This document shows, one piece after another, positions 61,641 to 64,000 of a DNA stretch of 64,000 nt (positions within the stretch are counted from its first letter, which is position 1; each line of letters begins with the position of its first letter). The stretch lies in NCBI GenBank assembly GCA_965205485.1, contig OZ242180.1, positions 2,496,001-2,560,000 on the forward strand, in the 5' to 3' direction. The position numbers were made by a program, and so were the translations under genes. The DNA is from Candidatus Latescibacterota bacterium (GTDB lineage: Bacteria > Latescibacterota > UBA2968 > GCA-2709665). The notes below the pieces were generated by a model. The model had not been told where the DNA came from and ran no database searches. It was given only the letters and a program-made list of their open reading frames with translations.

Positions 61641-62576
61641 ATGCCATCAGATTTTCTGGACCGCCTTAAGGACGGACCGGTACTCTGCGACGGAGGCTAC
61701 TTTCTGGAGCTTGAACGGCGGTGCCTGGGGAGTTTCGCCAAAGGCGTACCCTGGGCCGTATTGGACCACCCTGAGGGCCTGCTCCAATTGCACAGGGAGT
61801 TCGCGCTCGCGGGCGCCGAGGTGCTGCAGGCCATGACCTGGGGCGTGGGCAGGATGGAACGGGATGAAGAGGTGCACCGCACCGCGGTCGAGCTTGCACG
61901 GGAGGCCGCCGGCCCGGACCGGTTCGTGGCGGGTACGCTCAGCCCCTCCGGAATCGGATCGTACCGGAGGCGGTCACCCCTTTCCGCGCGGGAAAAGAGC
62001 GAGGCGCAGGCGTTCTTCGAGCGGCGGGTGGGACAGCAGACGGCGGCGGGCGTGGACCTGTTCATCGTGGAGACCTTCTACTCGGTGGAAGAGGCATTGT
62101 TGGGCTTACCCCCCATTAAAGCCGCAGGCGTGCCAGCCGTGGTGGCGTTCACCTATAAGTCGGGGGAGTATACCGCCGACCGGCTTCTGCCGGATGAAGT
62201 CGCGAAGCGGCTCGTGGACGCGGGCGCCGACGTCGTGGGCGTGAATTGCGGGCGGCCGTGGCACATGTACCGGGATATCATGCGGAAGATGATGGACGCC
62301 GTGTCCGTACCCGTCTGCGCCCAACCCCTGGCGTACGTGCTGGAGAACGGCGCGGAGTATACCCGGGAGATCGCCTCGGGATCCAGCGTTCATTTCGAGC
62401 TCCGCCACCAGCCCCGGCGTGAGATGGCCGACTACGCGAGGGATGCCTGGGATATGGGCGTCGGTCTCATCGGCGCATGCTGCGGGGCCCTGCCGTATCA
62501 TATCCGGGCGATGGCGGAGGCGATCGGAAAACCGACGTCGATGCCGGATCAGCCGGGTCCGTATCAGCTGTTGTAA
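61641..62576 (+). CDS. Homocysteine S-methyltransferase family protein
   Basis: CDGG...ELERR, VETF, GVNC, IGACCG..PYHI zinc ligands; SD GGAGG. Confidence 0.9.
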   Translation: MPSDFLDRLKDGPVLCDGGYFLELERRCLGSFAKGVPWAVLDHPEGLLQLHREFALAGAEVLQAMTWGVGRMERDEEVHRTAVELAREAAGPDRFVAGTLSPSGIGSYRRRSPLSAREKSEAQAFFERRVGQQTAAGVDLFIVETFYSVEEALLGLPPIKAAGVPAVVAFTYKSGEYTADRLLPDEVAKRLVDAGADVVGVNCGRPWHMYRDIMRKMMDAVSVPVCAQPLAYVLENGAEYTREIASGSSVHFELRHQPRREMADYARDAWDMGVGLIGACCGALPYHIRAMAEAIGKPTSMPDQPGPYQLL

Positions 62577-62676
62577 AGGCAGACTGAGACTGTAGAGAGG
62601 AGAATGCATTGATCATCAGCGGTCAGCCAAACCCGGGCCTGGCGAGATAAATTCACTGTTACCGGCGCCATTATCT

Positions 62677-62781
62677 GGGCGCCCACAAGGGACGCCCCTA
62701 CAGATGCAACATCGGCGCGAAACCCCAAAACGTTCGATTCGTGGACATTTGGCTTTGTAGGGGCGTCCCTTGTGGGCGCCC
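62677..62781. repeat. Inverted pair of GTAG-type REPs (REPIN-like doublet)
   Basis: GGGCGCCCACAAGGGACGCCCCTAC and its exact reverse complement GTAGGGGCGTCCCTTGTGGGCGCCC, 55-bp spacer. Confidence 0.85.
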
Positions 62782-62845
62782 GGCTACCAGGTGAGAGGGT
62801 CCCCACAAAAAAGGGGTATGAGGGTGGCCAATTCAACTAGGAGAA

Positions 62846-63757
62846 TTGATATATGCCCGATGGACATGGAGAGGGATCGTTCTGGGTGACGGCGGGATGT
62901 TCCTGGAGGCGAACTGGAGAGGTTACGATGTACCCGGCATCATCGGCTCCCACCCGGATGCGCTTCAGCAGATCCATCGGGACTTTTACAATTCGGGTTC
63001 GGAGGTGCTCCAGGCGCTGACATGGTTTACCTCGGGGGCACAACTGGAGGAGAAATACGGTTGGGGAGGCCGTGTGGACGAAATCAACAGGACCGGGATT
63101 CGCGCGGCGAAAGAGGCGTCCGGCTGGGAGGCGCCGGTCGGCGGCTGTCTCGTCACCACGATGAAGGGCTCCCGGTTGGGAGACAAGGGTTACAATCCGG
63201 AGGATCCTTCGTCGCGCGCCCGCGCGCAGGCCGAATGGGAAGAGCAGATCGCGATTCTGGTGGACGCGGGCGCCGACTTTCTGATTCCGGAGACGTTTTC
63301 CCGTCTGGACGAGATGCGGCTGTGCGTGGAAAGCTGCAAGAAGACCGGCCTGCCGACGATGGCGCTTATGGGCATCGGAAGCAAAAAGCAGACACGGGAC
63401 GGCGCCAATGCGGCGGAATGCGCCCGCACTCTCGTGGACGACGGCGCGGATATCGTGGGGACCGTCTGCATCGGGGACCCGGACCAGATGCTGCCGACGG
63501 CGCTCGAGATGCGGGAAGCGGTGGACGTGCCGATCGCCTGCCAGCCCAAGGGATTCAGGCAAGTGGCGGATACCGGAGGCGTCAGCTATGCCGTCCGCCG
63601 TCACCGCAACGGCGTCACGCCTGACGAGATGGCGGCGTTCGCGCTGAAGGCGATGGCGGAAGGGATCAACTTCGTGGGGTGCTGCTGCGGCGCGGGACCA
63701 TCCCACATCCGTGCGATGGCCGAGGCGCTGGGGAAGCCGACGTCGATACCGGAATAG
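62846..63757 (+). CDS. Second homocysteine S-methyltransferase family protein (start uncertain)
   Basis: GDGG, PETF, GTVC, VGCCCG..PSHI; the SD-preceded ATG at 62853 is out of frame by one base. Confidence 0.85.
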   Translation: MIYARWTWRGIVLGDGGMFLEANWRGYDVPGIIGSHPDALQQIHRDFYNSGSEVLQALTWFTSGAQLEEKYGWGGRVDEINRTGIRAAKEASGWEAPVGGCLVTTMKGSRLGDKGYNPEDPSSRARAQAEWEEQIAILVDAGADFLIPETFSRLDEMRLCVESCKKTGLPTMALMGIGSKKQTRDGANAAECARTLVDDGADIVGTVCIGDPDQMLPTALEMREAVDVPIACQPKGFRQVADTGGVSYAVRRHRNGVTPDEMAAFALKAMAEGINFVGCCCGAGPSHIRAMAEALGKPTSIPE

Positions 63758-63837
63758 CCGGGACCGTATCAGCTACTGTAGAGAGCACCTTTCGTCTGTC
63801 AGGCCTCGTGACGCGTTTGTACGTTGCATAGTAGCCT

Positions 63838-63930
63838 ACCTGAGCCGCTCCCTGAGCTTGTCGAAGGGTCGGCGAAGGTCTATCAAAGGTTCCGAAACGC
63901 GGGCACTTCGACAAGCTCAGTGTCCACGTT
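63838..63930 (+). repeat. Repeat family B copy
   Basis: CCTGAGCCGCTCCCTGAGCTTGTCGAAGGGTCGGCGAAGG ... GGGCACTTCGACAAGCTCAG. Confidence 0.85.
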
Positions 63931-64000
63931 TCGGAAGGCGAGAGTTGACAGGCTTGACACAGGCACCGAAGGCGCTTTGACAGTCTCAGTGCGAGTATTC

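Noticed and set aside
55807..63781. Genome-wide TAG recoding or pyrrolysine
   Set aside because: Many normal genes end in TAG (e.g. at 2935, 7579, 22496), the conserved tail itself ends in TAG, and no pyl genes are present.

Overview
A GC-rich bacterial chromosome segment with no rRNA, tRNA or CRISPR array seen. About 1-37.6 kb is mostly metabolic and envelope genes: ROK kinase, AlkA, a B12-binding mutase small subunit with MeaB, nucleotide-sugar genes, LysR, fumC, an E. coli-type frdABCD, three PhyH-family dioxygenases, an M16 peptidase and a TolC-MFP-RND pump. Intergenic regions carry several families of palindromic REP/MITE-like repeats. About 37.6-59.5 kb is an accessory/defence hotspot and holds the best candidates for undescribed biology. 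(1) An AT-rich four-gene operon (PvuII-like m4C methyltransferase, XPB-like SF2 helicase, PD-ExE nuclease-like protein, MORC/GHKL ATPase) lies right behind a 3'-truncated type I hsdR and is bounded by an IS3. (2) A lone AAA_14/DUF4143 ATPase-nuclease gene is bracketed on both sides by three tandem 23-bp direct repeats. (3) An array of ~150-bp repeats with (A/G)AAGGAA heptamer tracts separates and truncates small cargo genes next to a four-helix-bundle gene. (4) An orphan ParA, an antitoxin-like fusion and a PIN toxin form an operon. The window ends with an oxidoreductase and two homocysteine S-methyltransferase-like paralogues. Several single-base indels in short homopolymers suggest residual sequencing error. 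All family calls come from motif recognition by eye; no database searches were run.
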